Source: TPA_inf: Saccharomyces
Taxonomy: Eukaryota
Direction: 5' to 3'
NCBI GenBank assembly: GCA_000146045.2
Contig: BK006942.2
Span: forward strand, 375,889 to 439,888
Length of the DNA: 64,000 nucleotides
Below, one piece after another: positions 21,406 through 32,579 of this stretch (positions are counted from its first letter, which is position 1; each line of letters starts with the position of its first letter). The translations under genes and the position numbers were made by a program. The notes beneath the pieces were generated by a model that saw only the letters and a program-made list of their open reading frames with translations, was not told the DNA's origin and made no database searches.

Positions 21406-22497
21406 ATGTCTCCGAAGAATATAACAAGGTCGGTGATCCCGGCTATAGATTTGTATTGCCGCAAAGCAAATTTTAAAACTCTAAAATCATTGTCGATGAT
21501 CCTAGGTAGTAAAAAAGAATGGTATGACACTAAAAAGGCGCCATTGAGAACCTTTTTGGTCTCTCGATGTGGCATTTTCGAGCAGTTGAGGGGTCGTCTC
21601 GTTGAAGATGGCAAAGTCAACTTGTTTAGTGTTTTCCTGACAAACGACTCATTTTCTTTTTGCAAGATGACCGTTGATGATAAGTTCAACACTAGCTTGG
21701 TCGATTGGCAAAAAATACCCTTTGACAGTACATTTGCAACTGACAGAAGACAGAATATCAGTTTACTACCTGTTGATACACTGTTTGCAACTGAAAAGAT
21801 CATATCGATTCTTGGTGTATCTCCTAATATGACGAATCTTGTTTCTATAGAAAGAGAGCGATCAGACCTGGTGGATTTTAATTGTAAACTGCAATCAAAC
21901 ATCCTAGAACACCTACTATACGCGAAATGCCAAGGAGTGTACGTAACTTCTACCAATGAAAAAGCTCGTTTGCTTGCAGCTGTCTGCAATCCTGAATTCA
22001 TTGACACCTTCTGGTGCGAATTGACTCCCATAAGAGTCTCATTAAAGGAAAACCCTTCCATTTCTGTACCTCGAGAATATCAGATGTACGATCCGGTGGT
22101 ACGTGCCACTATAAAGGAGGTTGTCACCAAGCGATTACTGCGATCCGCCTTCGATAATGACATCGACCCGCTAATGTGTCTTCATTTGGATAAAGGCTGG
22201 AAACTTAAATTCCCCATACTATCCTCGACAACGGGCCTAAACTTCTCCCTGAAGGATTGTCTTTCCCTGGACACAGGAAAAGATGCATCTGATATGACAG
22301 AGGTGTTTCTCGCTACTATGGAGTCGAGTAAAGTTCTTCGTACGTATAGCAACCTCGTTGACATTGTGATGAAGGACAATGGTAGGTTGGACTCAGGCGT
22401 CCTAAAGCAATTCAACGACTACGTTAAGCAAGAAAAGCTCAATCTACAACATTTTCAGGCCGGTTCCTCAAAGTTTCTCAAAGGCGCAAAGATATAA
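21406..22497 (+). CDS. MRS1: Mitochondrial group I intron splicing factor Mrs1 (RNase H-fold / cruciform-cutting-endonuclease-like)
   Basis: Starting at the second Met gives 363 aa, the length of Mrs1. Position fits between FLO11 and SEC11. Confidence 0.8.
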   Translation: MSPKNITRSVIPAIDLYCRKANFKTLKSLSMILGSKKEWYDTKKAPLRTFLVSRCGIFEQLRGRLVEDGKVNLFSVFLTNDSFSFCKMTVDDKFNTSLVDWQKIPFDSTFATDRRQNISLLPVDTLFATEKIISILGVSPNMTNLVSIERERSDLVDFNCKLQSNILEHLLYAKCQGVYVTSTNEKARLLAAVCNPEFIDTFWCELTPIRVSLKENPSISVPREYQMYDPVVRATIKEVVTKRLLRSAFDNDIDPLMCLHLDKGWKLKFPILSSTTGLNFSLKDCLSLDTGKDASDMTEVFLATMESSKVLRTYSNLVDIVMKDNGRLDSGVLKQFNDYVKQEKLNLQHFQAGSSKFLKGAKI

Positions 22498-22844
22498 TCC
22501 TCTTATATAGCATGTAAATAGAAAGTACGTAAAAAAAAGCTACTATTGACTTTATTCTCCGTGAGGGCGGTTCTTTCTGTAGCTGTTGGTTTTTTCCAGA
22601 TCTTATGTGACACACCTGCACAACAATGTCATTCTCTGTCAGCTGCAAGACTCCCAAGACCACGAAGCTGCTGGTATCTTCTATTTCAGAGAGCGCTGTT
22701 GCTCTTATTATTATTACCATACGTATACTTTTTTCCATTGGCAAAAGCGATTTCAAAAAAATAATCTCCAAGGAAATAAATGGTGCAGAAACAATATACT
22801 ACAGAAATATACCGGAAAGTAAACCCCAAGGGAGTTAGCACAAG

Positions 22845-23348
22845 ATGAATCTAAGATTTGAATTGCAGAAACTATTGAACGTTTGCTTTTTGTTTGCATC
22901 TGCTTACATGTTCTGGCAAGGCTTAGCCATTGCTACTAATAGCGCTTCTCCGATCGTGGTGGTGCTTTCAGGCTCCATGGAACCAGCTTTCCAAAGGGGT
23001 GATATCCTTTTCCTATGGAATAGAAATACTTTCAACCAAGTAGGTGATGTCGTGGTGTATGAGGTCGAAGGGAAACAAATCCCCATTGTGCATAGAGTTT
23101 TGAGGCAACATAACAATCACGCGGACAAGCAATTCCTCCTGACCAAAGGTGACAATAACGCCGGCAATGATATCTCACTATATGCTAATAAGAAAATTTA
23201 CTTGAACAAGTCAAAGGAGATTGTAGGGACCGTCAAGGGCTACTTTCCACAACTAGGGTACATTACGATTTGGATTAGCGAGAACAAATATGCCAAGTTT
23301 GCATTGTTAGGTATGTTGGGGTTGAGTGCTCTGCTGGGGGGCGAGTAG
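22845..23348 (+). CDS. SEC11: Signal peptidase complex catalytic subunit (18 kDa)
   Basis: 167 aa. Has an N-terminal TM segment and a conserved SGSMEP catalytic serine motif, characteristic of Sec11/SPC18. Confidence 0.9.
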
Positions 23349-23888
23349 TTCGCCAAGTTTTTTTGGAACGATGTTTACGTACTTTGTATTTGTGCTTATG
23401 GTCTTTAACTTGTTTAATTATATAACCATAACCATTCGGTCCACGCTGAAAACAAAATATTGTCTTAGGACACGCTTTGAGAATTATTGAAAAAGGAGCT
23501 CCCACAGTGATGTAGGCAATTCAACAGAGATGATTTGTGTCATTTTTTATAAGGTGATACCGTCGCTCATTAACTCGATATCTTGAAAAGGCATATGTGT
23601 CGGTAATTGAGACCGCTAGGTTTAACTTCTCGAATAAAAAATGGTCTAAGCTGCATAAGCATATAGAATTGTACAATCAGTGTATAGGTAGAGCAGAAGC
23701 AGTCCAAGATTCGAGCTAATAATACTCATATAATATCCATCGCGATGGGTATTATATGAAACATAACAATCGTACATGGTGATTGAAAATAATAGATGAT
23801 AAGAATCATTTTCAAATAATAGTGTAGATCTTAAAAACTCTTGGCCTGTTTAGACGAGCGGCAGAACGACAGGCAGCCATACTATCAA

Positions 23889-26801
23889 ATGGACCCTCAC
23901 CAATCACCAGCTGATAATGCCGCATCGCCTACGAAGAGCGTGAAGGCAACCACTAAAAATTCGTCCACGAATAATAATGTCAATAGCAACAACAGCAATA
24001 ATAACAGTAACCATGATATACTGAATTTTAATGATAACTATACTACCATTCTGCAACATTTGGCAAACGACCATCCTAATATACTGAGGGAGAAAGGAGG
24101 ATCACAACAACAACAGCATCAGCAGCAGCAACAACAGCAACAACAGCAGCAACAACAGCAGCAACAACAGAGCCTGGATACCCTTTTGCACCATTATCAA
24201 AGTTTACTCTCCAAGAGTGATAATGCAATAGCCTTTGATGACAATGTTAGTAACAGCGCAGATCATAATGGCAGTAATAGCAACAATAATAACAACAATA
24301 ATGACATATCTAGTCCCGGTAATCTGATGGGATCTTGCAATCAATGTAGATTAAAGAAAACAAAGTGCAACTATTTTCCCGACCTAGGCAACTGTCTCGA
24401 ATGTGAAACGTCAAGAACTAAATGCACCTTCAGTATTGCTCCAAATTATTTGAAAAGAACGTCCTCTGGGGCAAACAATAACATGCCAACCTCTTCAAAC
24501 TCCAAACGAATGAAAAATTTTGAAGACTATTCGAATCGCTTACCCAGTAGCATGCTCTATAGACATCAACAGCAGCAGCAACAGCAACAGCAGCAACAGC
24601 GTATACAATACCCCAGATCCTCTTTTTTCGTCGGTCCGGCCTCAGTTTTCGATTTGAACTTGACCAAGCATGTAAGACTAGATAATGTTGACCAAATACA
24701 GCTATCAAAAACTTTATCATTAAGAAAGGTGTCTCCTACCGCACAGTTTATTCTTCAGGACGATTTTGACACGACCCTTCATAGTAAGCAAGAATACGAA
24801 GTTGATTTGGTCGAAAATCTGGTACATCCGCACGGTCACCTTTTAGTAGAGATTTTCTTCAAATTGATTCATCCTTTTCTTCCAATTTTACACGAACGTG
24901 TATTTTTGGAAAAGTATTCTAGATCTTATAGAGAACTCACTGCGCCTTTACTGGCATCCATTTACTCACTGGCATTACAATATTGGGATTTTCATCCTGC
25001 ACTTTTGGGGTTCCCTAAACCCGATGTAACTGCTCAACTAAACAATATCGCATTGGAAACATTTTATGCTCGAGTTGGAAGGCCAAAATTGAGCATTATA
25101 CAAACAGGCCTTTTGATTTTGCAATGCCGTAGTGAATGTCATAACAACTGGGTCCTCTGCTCCAGCGTAGTGGCCCTTGCAGAGGAATTGGGGCTCGGGG
25201 TTGAATGTAATGATTGGAAACTTCCCAAATGGGAAAAAGATTTGAGAAAGAGATTAGCGTGGGCAGTTTGGTTGATGGATAAATGGTGTGCATTAAACGA
25301 AGGTAGACAATCCCATTTAATTTTAGGTAGGAACTGGATGATCAAGCTATTAAACTTTGATGATTTTCCTCTGAATTCGCCCACTATTTTAAATTCCTTG
25401 CAAAATGACCAGTCGGGGTCTTCACCCTCGTCATCAAATGATGTGAAAAACCATCAGATAGCATTTGGTAACTTGCCCATATTTAACATAAACCCCACTT
25501 TAGAAGATTTCAAGAATGGAACGCTTATGTTTCAACAAATGGTTTCCTTGAGTATAATTCTTGGGGAAATCATGGACACATTTTACACTCAGGGATCCAT
25601 GACAATAAACAAAAGCATTGAACAGGTATTGAAACTGGCAAAGCCGTTGCAACTGAAATTAAGAGAATGGTACCATTCCCTACCCAAGAATTTGTCAATG
25701 AGTTATGCCACGCCACAAAAATTGAACTCAAATTCAACTTTAACTCTAGCTTATTTTGCCACGGAAATTACGTTACATAGGAAAATTATCTGTGCCTTGA
25801 ATCCTCAAACTCCAAAGGAACTGGTTCAAGTATGCAGGACTGCTGCAAGAACCAGGCTTGTAGCAGCAATTGAATTTATAAGAGATCTAAAAAACGAACA
25901 TATTAATGCTTTTTGGTATAACTGCTCAACTGGAAATCTGATGCTAATTGGAACATTTGCTGCCCTGCTGTATGTGACTTCAGCTACGAAGGAAGAGGCT
26001 ATGATTTTCAGAGATTATGTTAGAAATTATACCTGGGTATTGAAGATAGGTTCCAAATACTTTGATAAACTATCGAATGCTTTGAATAATATGCATTTAC
26101 TATTTGCACAAATTCCTGGTCTTCTGACCGATGAACCGGTGGTCGTGAGCCCTAACTCTAACATCAATTCCGTTAACCCACAAAGGTCAGGTGTACAATC
26201 GCAAATCCCAATACAATTTAACGTGGGATCACCTGCCATGACCGAGCAAGGATCTCCTTTAAACCAGTGGAAGAATTTGCCCCAGGAAATCTTGCAACAA
26301 CTAAACTCCTTTCCCAACGGTACGACCAGTACAACAACGCCAGTAAACCCCACTTCCAGACAAACACAACTAGAATCGCAGGGAAGTCCAGCCATAAATA
26401 GTGCTAATAATAATAGCAACAACACGCCTTTACCATTTGCGCCAAATAAGTCTTCTAAAAAAACTTCACAATCTTCACCAAATGTTACGCCCTCTCATAT
26501 GAGCAGACACCCCCCCTCTAATACATCTTCACCAAGAGTCAATTCCAGCACAAATGTCAACTCTAATACACAAATGAATGCTTCTCCCTTGACCTCAATT
26601 AACGAAACCAGACAAGAGTCAGGTGACGCTGCAGATGAAAAAACAGCAGGAAGAGAAAGAACCGCCAACGAGGAATCATCAACGGAACTCAAGGACGATA
26701 ATCCAAACTCGAACCAGGAAACAAGCGCAACTGGTAACCAAACTATAAAAATGAATGATGATAAAAATGTAACAATTAACACAAGGGAAACCCCTCTGTA
26801 A
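23889..26801 (+). CDS. DAL81: Zn2Cys6 transcriptional activator Dal81/Uga35 (induction of allantoin, GABA, urea and amino-acid permease genes)
   Basis: 970 aa from the MDPHQSP start. Has a Zn(II)2Cys6 cluster CNQCRLKKTKCNYFPDLGNCLECETSRTKC, poly-Gln tracts and a fungal TF middle domain. Confidence 0.9.
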   Translation: MDPHQSPADNAASPTKSVKATTKNSSTNNNVNSNNSNNNSNHDILNFNDNYTTILQHLANDHPNILREKGGSQQQQHQQQQQQQQQQQQQQQQQSLDTLLHHYQSLLSKSDNAIAFDDNVSNSADHNGSNSNNNNNNNDISSPGNLMGSCNQCRLKKTKCNYFPDLGNCLECETSRTKCTFSIAPNYLKRTSSGANNNMPTSSNSKRMKNFEDYSNRLPSSMLYRHQQQQQQQQQQQRIQYPRSSFFVGPASVFDLNLTKHVRLDNVDQIQLSKTLSLRKVSPTAQFILQDDFDTTLHSKQEYEVDLVENLVHPHGHLLVEIFFKLIHPFLPILHERVFLEKYSRSYRELTAPLLASIYSLALQYWDFHPALLGFPKPDVTAQLNNIALETFYARVGRPKLSIIQTGLLILQCRSECHNNWVLCSSVVALAEELGLGVECNDWKLPKWEKDLRKRLAWAVWLMDKWCALNEGRQSHLILGRNWMIKLLNFDDFPLNSPTILNSLQNDQSGSSPSSSNDVKNHQIAFGNLPIFNINPTLEDFKNGTLMFQQMVSLSIILGEIMDTFYTQGSMTINKSIEQVLKLAKPLQLKLREWYHSLPKNLSMSYATPQKLNSNSTLTLAYFATEITLHRKIICALNPQTPKELVQVCRTAARTRLVAAIEFIRDLKNEHINAFWYNCSTGNLMLIGTFAALLYVTSATKEEAMIFRDYVRNYTWVLKIGSKYFDKLSNALNNMHLLFAQIPGLLTDEPVVVSPNSNINSVNPQRSGVQSQIPIQFNVGSPAMTEQGSPLNQWKNLPQEILQQLNSFPNGTTSTTTPVNPTSRQTQLESQGSPAINSANNNSNNTPLPFAPNKSSKKTSQSSPNVTPSHMSRHPPSNTSSPRVNSSTNVNSNTQMNASPLTSINETRQESGDAADEKTAGRERTANEESSTELKDDNPNSNQETSATGNQTIKMNDDKNVTINTRETPL

Positions 26802-26952
26802 TATAAATAATAGCACATAAGTAAAAATGGAATACGGTAATAACTATATAGAAATATCTTCTGCAGGACCAAGGTTACTGAGTGGTGAATGTAAAATTAT
26901 TTATTCGCTTGCGTTATATTTACATGTGGTATATCCGGATGCATAGAGCCTA

Positions 26953-27603
26953 CTATAGAAATTTTGGGATTTTATCATGTTCTTTGGCGATTTCATTCAA
27001 ATCACCTGGTTGGTTCATCATCATATGGACATCACCACTTAGGTAAACCTTTTCATCTTCTTTTTTCGACTTTTCTAAATCTTTTAGAACATTCAAATCA
27101 GTGACAATCCCTTCTTTGTTCTTAACGCCAGCATCTGGAGTTTTTTCGATTACTTCTTTTTTTGCCTCGTCTATTATACTTTGCCAGATCTCTTCCAATG
27201 ACTCTTCCTTAGGAACCACAATATCAGTCTCATCTTCCTTCATCCCAGTTGCGTTCTTGCCGACGATTCCTAAACGCAAATTCACAAGTTTCAATTCATC
27301 ATCTGCGTCGAAGTCTACCTTTCCATTATTATCATGAACCCTCCGTATCAGCTCTTTCAATTTATCAAGTTTTAGCTTATATTTCCTTTCCATATCAATA
27401 ATGTTCCTTTTCTCGGCTATTACTGCGTTTAATATCGACCCAAATATCATTACCAAAAGTAAAGGTTTGATCATTGTTTTATCAAATCTTGACTTTCTCT
27501 TAATGCCCGCATTTGCTGATGCAACAGTTCTAGCGGTTATCTTTATGGGAGCAAGGCTCCTTAAAAATAGACCATTTCTTAACACTTGTCTTGCCATAAA
27601 CAT
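26953..27603 (-). CDS. INA22: Mitochondrial inner-membrane F1Fo-ATP synthase assembly factor (Ina22)
   Basis: 216 aa with one predicted TM segment and a coiled-coil region. Length and position match YIR024C. Confidence 0.65.
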   Translation of the reverse strand: MFMARQVLRNGLFLRSLAPIKITARTVASANAGIKRKSRFDKTMIKPLLLVMIFGSILNAVIAEKRNIIDMERKYKLKLDKLKELIRRVHDNNGKVDFDADDELKLVNLRLGIVGKNATGMKEDETDIVVPKEESLEEIWQSIIDEAKKEVIEKTPDAGVKNKEGIVTDLNVLKDLEKSKKEDEKVYLSGDVHMMMNQPGDLNEIAKEHDKIPKFL

Positions 27604-27770
27604 TTTTCCTTACACCTTTTACGTATGACTTGTCTTTCCTTGTTGTTACTTTTTCCCTGCTCATTATATCACATAAGATGTAAATTAGAGGATGCGTAAA
27701 ATAGTTCAACTGTGCTACGCCACATCAGAATACCGACAACCATAAACAGCGGCGAAGAGAAGACAAAGCA

Positions 27771-28877
27771 ATGGCAAGAGCGTTGAGGGATATATCATTA
27801 TTCAATGATATAAGAAAGGATCAAAATTCGGCAGGAGCCAAGCATGAGAGATATAACATGAGAGATCTCCGAAGTAAGAAGAACCAGCATGTAAATGGCA
27901 TAGATGATTATGAAGATGATTCGCTTGACAGATTTATAAGAAGGAAGAAATCCAGAGTTGTGAAATACATTCCATCATTGTCAGCGTATAATGTGTTCAA
28001 TGAATTTCCTTACTATCCTACGTCAGCCAGTCAGTTACTAGACGGCAAATTAGACGAATTTCTAATGCTGTCAGAACAATACAAAAGTAGATTACCCAAA
28101 ATACGCAAGCTAGGATGGAATAGATTCAAACCAATAGGCATTAATAAAACTATGTACGAATTAGAAATGCTAAGGTCTCGAGCACGAGCTCAAAACGCGG
28201 AAGGGAACAATGAGGAAGACTTCAGGCAGCACGATTCTAGAGAAGAGGATCCAAGAAACAATGGCTCTATAGGACGCGTGATACTGCCTCATATTCTACA
28301 GGAAAATGAAGAATATGATACTGGTGAGGGTGTTACAGGATTGCATAGCATGCCAAATGACAGTATGGCCATACTTGCGAATAACAGTGCTAATAATTCG
28401 CAAAATGAGGAAGTATCAGAGGAGGATGAAATATCATACGATTATGATGCAGAGTTCGATCATGTTGTAGATGAGGATGATAATGAGGAGGGAGAAGTGC
28501 CGGGGGAAGGTGTGGAAGGTATAGAAGTTCAGAGAGAGAGAATTGTGCCGGATGACTTATTAATGAGACCCACTTCACTGTCACGCTCCCTACAACAGTT
28601 TGTGGAAGAGGCTCATCATTTAGATAGAAACCCATATGATATTGACAGTGATAACGACGGAGAAGATTCAAAGGTAGAACTGGACATGAATCCGGATTTT
28701 GAAGATGACGTGGGAAGAGAGCATGATTATAATAGCGAATACAGCCAAGAGCCGACTTCTTATGGTGGGATTACACCTGATCTAGCGAGTAATTGGAGGA
28801 ATTGGACTAGGGAGAGGATAACTAGTTTAGATGAATTAATGGAGAGACGAGCCAGGCAGCAACGAGGTCAAGATTAG
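27771..28877 (+). CDS. MND2: Meiotic APC/C regulator Mnd2
   Basis: 368 aa, highly acidic. Length and position match YIR025W. Confidence 0.75.
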   Translation: MARALRDISLFNDIRKDQNSAGAKHERYNMRDLRSKKNQHVNGIDDYEDDSLDRFIRRKKSRVVKYIPSLSAYNVFNEFPYYPTSASQLLDGKLDEFLMLSEQYKSRLPKIRKLGWNRFKPIGINKTMYELEMLRSRARAQNAEGNNEEDFRQHDSREEDPRNNGSIGRVILPHILQENEEYDTGEGVTGLHSMPNDSMAILANNSANNSQNEEVSEEDEISYDYDAEFDHVVDEDDNEEGEVPGEGVEGIEVQRERIVPDDLLMRPTSLSRSLQQFVEEAHHLDRNPYDIDSDNDGEDSKVELDMNPDFEDDVGREHDYNSEYSQEPTSYGGITPDLASNWRNWTRERITSLDELMERRARQQRGQD

Positions 28878-28984
28878 AAAAATGCTCTCCTCAGCACCAA
28901 AATTCATCTATCTATTAAGATGTATACATACACAAGTGCACCAAAAGTGCTTAGTGGTAGTTATATTTGCTGATTATATCTAAG

Positions 28985-30079
28985 TTATCTATTTACTTTC
29001 TCGGATTCAAAATTAACCATGTTGGGCAAAGCAGTGGATTGTAAGGGAAATTGATCCACTTTACTAGTTTGCAGGTGGATAGCGGGGATGACCCACTTAC
29101 CACAACTGCACCTAGATCCTTTCCAGTTGTAACCGCCAACTTTACTTGAACAGCCTGGACATGAAAACTTCCCTTCTAACTCTTGCTTGCCTTGTAGTTC
29201 AGGTTGCATCCATTTTAAAGGTTCGATGAAAAAATGAGAGCAATTTGCTTGTGACTCTTGAATATCAATAATACGATGGGAGTTGGCGGCCCTCTTGATG
29301 AAGTGTCCCTCTGATGATTCCTTACTTGGTGGGTCATGCGCGATGAAAGATGTAGATAACGCCAATTTGGTTCTGCACTTCTTACATCTCACTGCGGTGA
29401 CCTTGCTCTTCTCAGCTTCAGTTAATTTATCCAAGTCTTGCGACGACTCCGAATCTTTAAACATTCCAGAATTGGAGACCAATTCGCTGCCCGATGGATC
29501 TAACTTGATAGATTGCTTCAGCTTCCACTGCTTATAGGCTGGGTTGTCGAAATCGACAAAATCTCCACCCATTTTCTCAAAGAGATGTAATTGTTCCATG
29601 AAATTCTCGTTTGGCTCAACACTCGGTTTCTTCCTCTTGACAGCGTGCATAGCCATTGATAGTGACAATCCATAACGATACATTAGGTAGGCTACTATGA
29701 AGGTTACAGATCTCGAGAGTCCTGCTTGACAATGAGCAAAAACAGCACCACGTTGTGGTTTCTTCTTGAAATCTACTAATCTGGGCGAATACTCAACTTC
29801 ATTGGGGAACAAGCATTGATCAATGAATCGGTTCGTTTCATCGAAGTATTGCAGCACATCAGTCACATCATCATCATCGATGGGTATGTTTTTTAGCGTG
29901 TAACCTTTCCTTATTAGATACTCTGGAATGACCTGGAATTTGATAACAGAAAGAATATGAGTAATGTTAAATTCTGCACCCAATGGTCTGTGGTCAATAA
30001 TTGGACGGATTCCGCCAAGATATATGCCTCCTAATATCCTGGTAACTTCCTCGTCTACTGAGTTTGCATTTCCAGCCAT
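28985..30079 (-). CDS. YVH1: Dual-specificity protein phosphatase with a C-terminal zinc-binding domain
   Basis: 364 aa. Has the HCQAGLSRS catalytic CX5R motif and a Cys-rich C-terminus. Confidence 0.9.
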   Translation of the reverse strand: MAGNANSVDEEVTRILGGIYLGGIRPIIDHRPLGAEFNITHILSVIKFQVIPEYLIRKGYTLKNIPIDDDDVTDVLQYFDETNRFIDQCLFPNEVEYSPRLVDFKKKPQRGAVFAHCQAGLSRSVTFIVAYLMYRYGLSLSMAMHAVKRKKPSVEPNENFMEQLHLFEKMGGDFVDFDNPAYKQWKLKQSIKLDPSGSELVSNSGMFKDSESSQDLDKLTEAEKSKVTAVRCKKCRTKLALSTSFIAHDPPSKESSEGHFIKRAANSHRIIDIQESQANCSHFFIEPLKWMQPELQGKQELEGKFSCPGCSSKVGGYNWKGSRCSCGKWVIPAIHLQTSKVDQFPLQSTALPNMVNFESEKVNR

Positions 30080-30371
30080 CTTCCCTGTAATTTCTTGCTG
30101 CTTTTACTGCTTTCTCTGCGTTATACCTGTATTAGATGCATTCGATGAGCTGAGGTATAATTTTTTTTTTCAGTTAGATTTCTTTTTTTTAGCGCTAAGA
30201 AAATTTCAAAATTGCAGCCGTGGAGACCCAGATGGATATATTGTAGATCATTAAAAGTTGTGTCATCTCAAACTAAGAGTGGTTAATATATGTATGTGTG
30301 TAAATAACTTTTTATAAATTTGTTTCTTTTATTTCTATAGAATTTCTTTAATAAAAATTTGCAACTTTAGT

Positions 30372-31754
30372 TTAACGTCTAGAATCAAGCAAAGTTTGAC
30401 CCAATGGTGTTTTCGAGACTCCGTTGGCATTCGTATATACCACCTGGCCTCTTAATATGGTTTTCAAAACTGTGCCCTTGACCGTCATCCCGTTGTAGGC
30501 AGTCAATTTGTTTTTGAAGTAGACACTTGAATTACTTATTTTATGTTTACTTGCAGTATCAAATACCACCAAATCAGCATCGTACCCGGGAGCTATAGTG
30601 CCTTTTTGGTGAGATAGTCCTACCTGATGGGATGTATTTTTACAGCACCATGTAACGATATCGACCAAAGAGCAGCCTTGGGTAAACATCAATGGCAAAC
30701 CTAGTCCGACGGAAGCGATTCCTCCCCAAGAATCGAAAAAGTCACCTTTTTGCAAGTTCTTCAACTCAGGGGTGCATGGCGAATGGTCGCTCACTACTGA
30801 GCCTATAACACCTTCACGCAAAGCGTCCCATAGGCCTTGGCGATTAGACTCAGAGCGGATGGGTGGACAACATTTAAAGTAGGTGGCTCCGTCTGGGATC
30901 TGCTCTGCAGCAATACACAAATAGTGGAAACAAGTCTCTGTTGTGACTGGTAGCCCTGACGCACGTGCCTTTCTGATCAAGGGAATTGCTTTCATTGATG
31001 CCAGATGAACTATATGTACAGGAGGAACTGGTCCATTTCTGGCTCTCAAGCATTCGAGAATCAAATTGATGGCGTCTATTTCGAAAGAATCCGGCCTCGA
31101 GGACAAAAACGAAGAATATTCACGATGGCTTTGCTCGGGTTGCTGTTGGTCCTCATGTGCCTTGGGCAACTCAGCATGAAACATCATCATGGTATCCTCC
31201 TCGGCTAAGACCTTCAAGGCTTCTTCTATATATTCTTTGCCAATTGGAGGGAATTCTTCCACACCAGAATCAAGCAAGAATCCTTTGAACCCGCGAACGC
31301 CAGCTTTGACAAGCGGAATTAAGTCTGGCAAGTTGTGTGGTACCAGTCCACCCCAAAACCCAACATCGCACCACATTTGGCCCTCAGCAGCTTCCAATTT
31401 AATTCGGAAATTCTCCACATTTGTTGTGGGAGGAATAGCATTTAGCGGCATATCAACCACCGTTGTGACCCCGCCACTAATAGCAGCTTGAGTTCCAGTT
31501 TCGAATCCTTCCCAGCTAGTCCTACCGGGCTCGTTCAAGTGAACATGAGAGTCCACAAGTCCAGGCAGAATTGTACATGGAGATACGTTCTCCAGCGTAT
31601 GTATTTCATATTTGGTTATCTCAGTTTTCTCCATAACCACGGAGCCTTCTAAAACATCCAGAATCGTGCCTGATTCGGTCGAATACACAATAGTCGCAGG
31701 TTTATTTGCACCATTGATAATGACATGGTCGGAAGTGATGGCATTGATAGGCAT
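30372..31754 (-). CDS. DAL1: Allantoinase (cyclic amidohydrolase)
   Basis: 460 aa. Has the DSHVHL metal-binding motif of amidohydrolases and is the first gene of the DAL cluster. Confidence 0.9.
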   Translation of the reverse strand: MPINAITSDHVIINGANKPATIVYSTESGTILDVLEGSVVMEKTEITKYEIHTLENVSPCTILPGLVDSHVHLNEPGRTSWEGFETGTQAAISGGVTTVVDMPLNAIPPTTNVENFRIKLEAAEGQMWCDVGFWGGLVPHNLPDLIPLVKAGVRGFKGFLLDSGVEEFPPIGKEYIEEALKVLAEEDTMMMFHAELPKAHEDQQQPEQSHREYSSFLSSRPDSFEIDAINLILECLRARNGPVPPVHIVHLASMKAIPLIRKARASGLPVTTETCFHYLCIAAEQIPDGATYFKCCPPIRSESNRQGLWDALREGVIGSVVSDHSPCTPELKNLQKGDFFDSWGGIASVGLGLPLMFTQGCSLVDIVTWCCKNTSHQVGLSHQKGTIAPGYDADLVVFDTASKHKISNSSVYFKNKLTAYNGMTVKGTVLKTILRGQVVYTNANGVSKTPLGQTLLDSRR

Positions 31755-32579
31755 CTTTGTTCTTCGCAGTATTTCACTTTTTTTTTGCCTATACGTTTTT
31801 GCGAAATATACACTTTTCTAACCTAATTAAAGATAGCTAAAAGAAAAAGGGGTACCTTCAATTACAAGATACCAGTAGAAACTCATCACTTTTGCGTTAC
31901 CTCATCATTGTCCCCTTCGATGAGATATGCCTCCTCTATATAGATAATTAAGCACCGCAATTTTGAACCACTTCTCCTGATAAAGTTCCATCAGTCCACC
32001 ATCAACACATTTGCGCCTATTCGATGATCCGCAGTAAGGGACAATAGAATCGAAACATGCAGTTCCTTTCTTTCCTGCAATTCTCGGGTCTAATGTGGCT
32101 CGAGGGTATCTCTTATCGGTATTACTTTCTTATCAATGAAAAATTTCTGCCAGGGAAAATGCGCCCGCTTTTTTTCCGGCCATCCTTACTCGCTGTCGCA
32201 TACAAAATAGCGCCTCTAATCTAGTTGCGATAAGGAATGTGTATGTGTAATTGAAGATCCAGGATGTTTTCCTTTTCAGGGAGATGAGAAGGAATAATAG
32301 GATGGATTGACCGCTTTGCTGTCACGTCGATAAGGTTCCTTTAAAAATTGTGTCCAATGATTAGCATAGAGAGGTAGAGTATCAGAGAAACAAGTTTGTA
32401 ATCGAGAAACTTGATCTGCTAGTGTTGAGCATAGAAGGCTAGGAAAACATGGGGAAGAAAAAAAAAGTATAAATAATTAGCTTGATGAGTAGTTTGAATA
32501 TATATGTTACTTTAGTTTCCCTTTTTGACCTTTTATATTCATCTACATCTTGTGATATAAAACATCAACAAAGACGAGA
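31755..32579. promoter_or_regulatory. DAL1-DAL4 divergent promoter with multiple GATAA (Gln3/Gat1/Dal80) sites
   Basis: GATAA/GATAAG occurs at 31942, 32223 and 32321, and CTTATC at 32111 and 32130. There are partial UIS-like GAAAATGCGC / TTTTGCGTT elements. Confidence 0.6.

Noticed and set aside
21327-22061. 244-aa minus-strand ORF overlapping MRS1
   Set aside because: It fully overlaps the well-supported MRS1 CDS on the opposite strand and has no recognisable domain. It corresponds to a dubious overlapping ORF, probably YIR020C-B.
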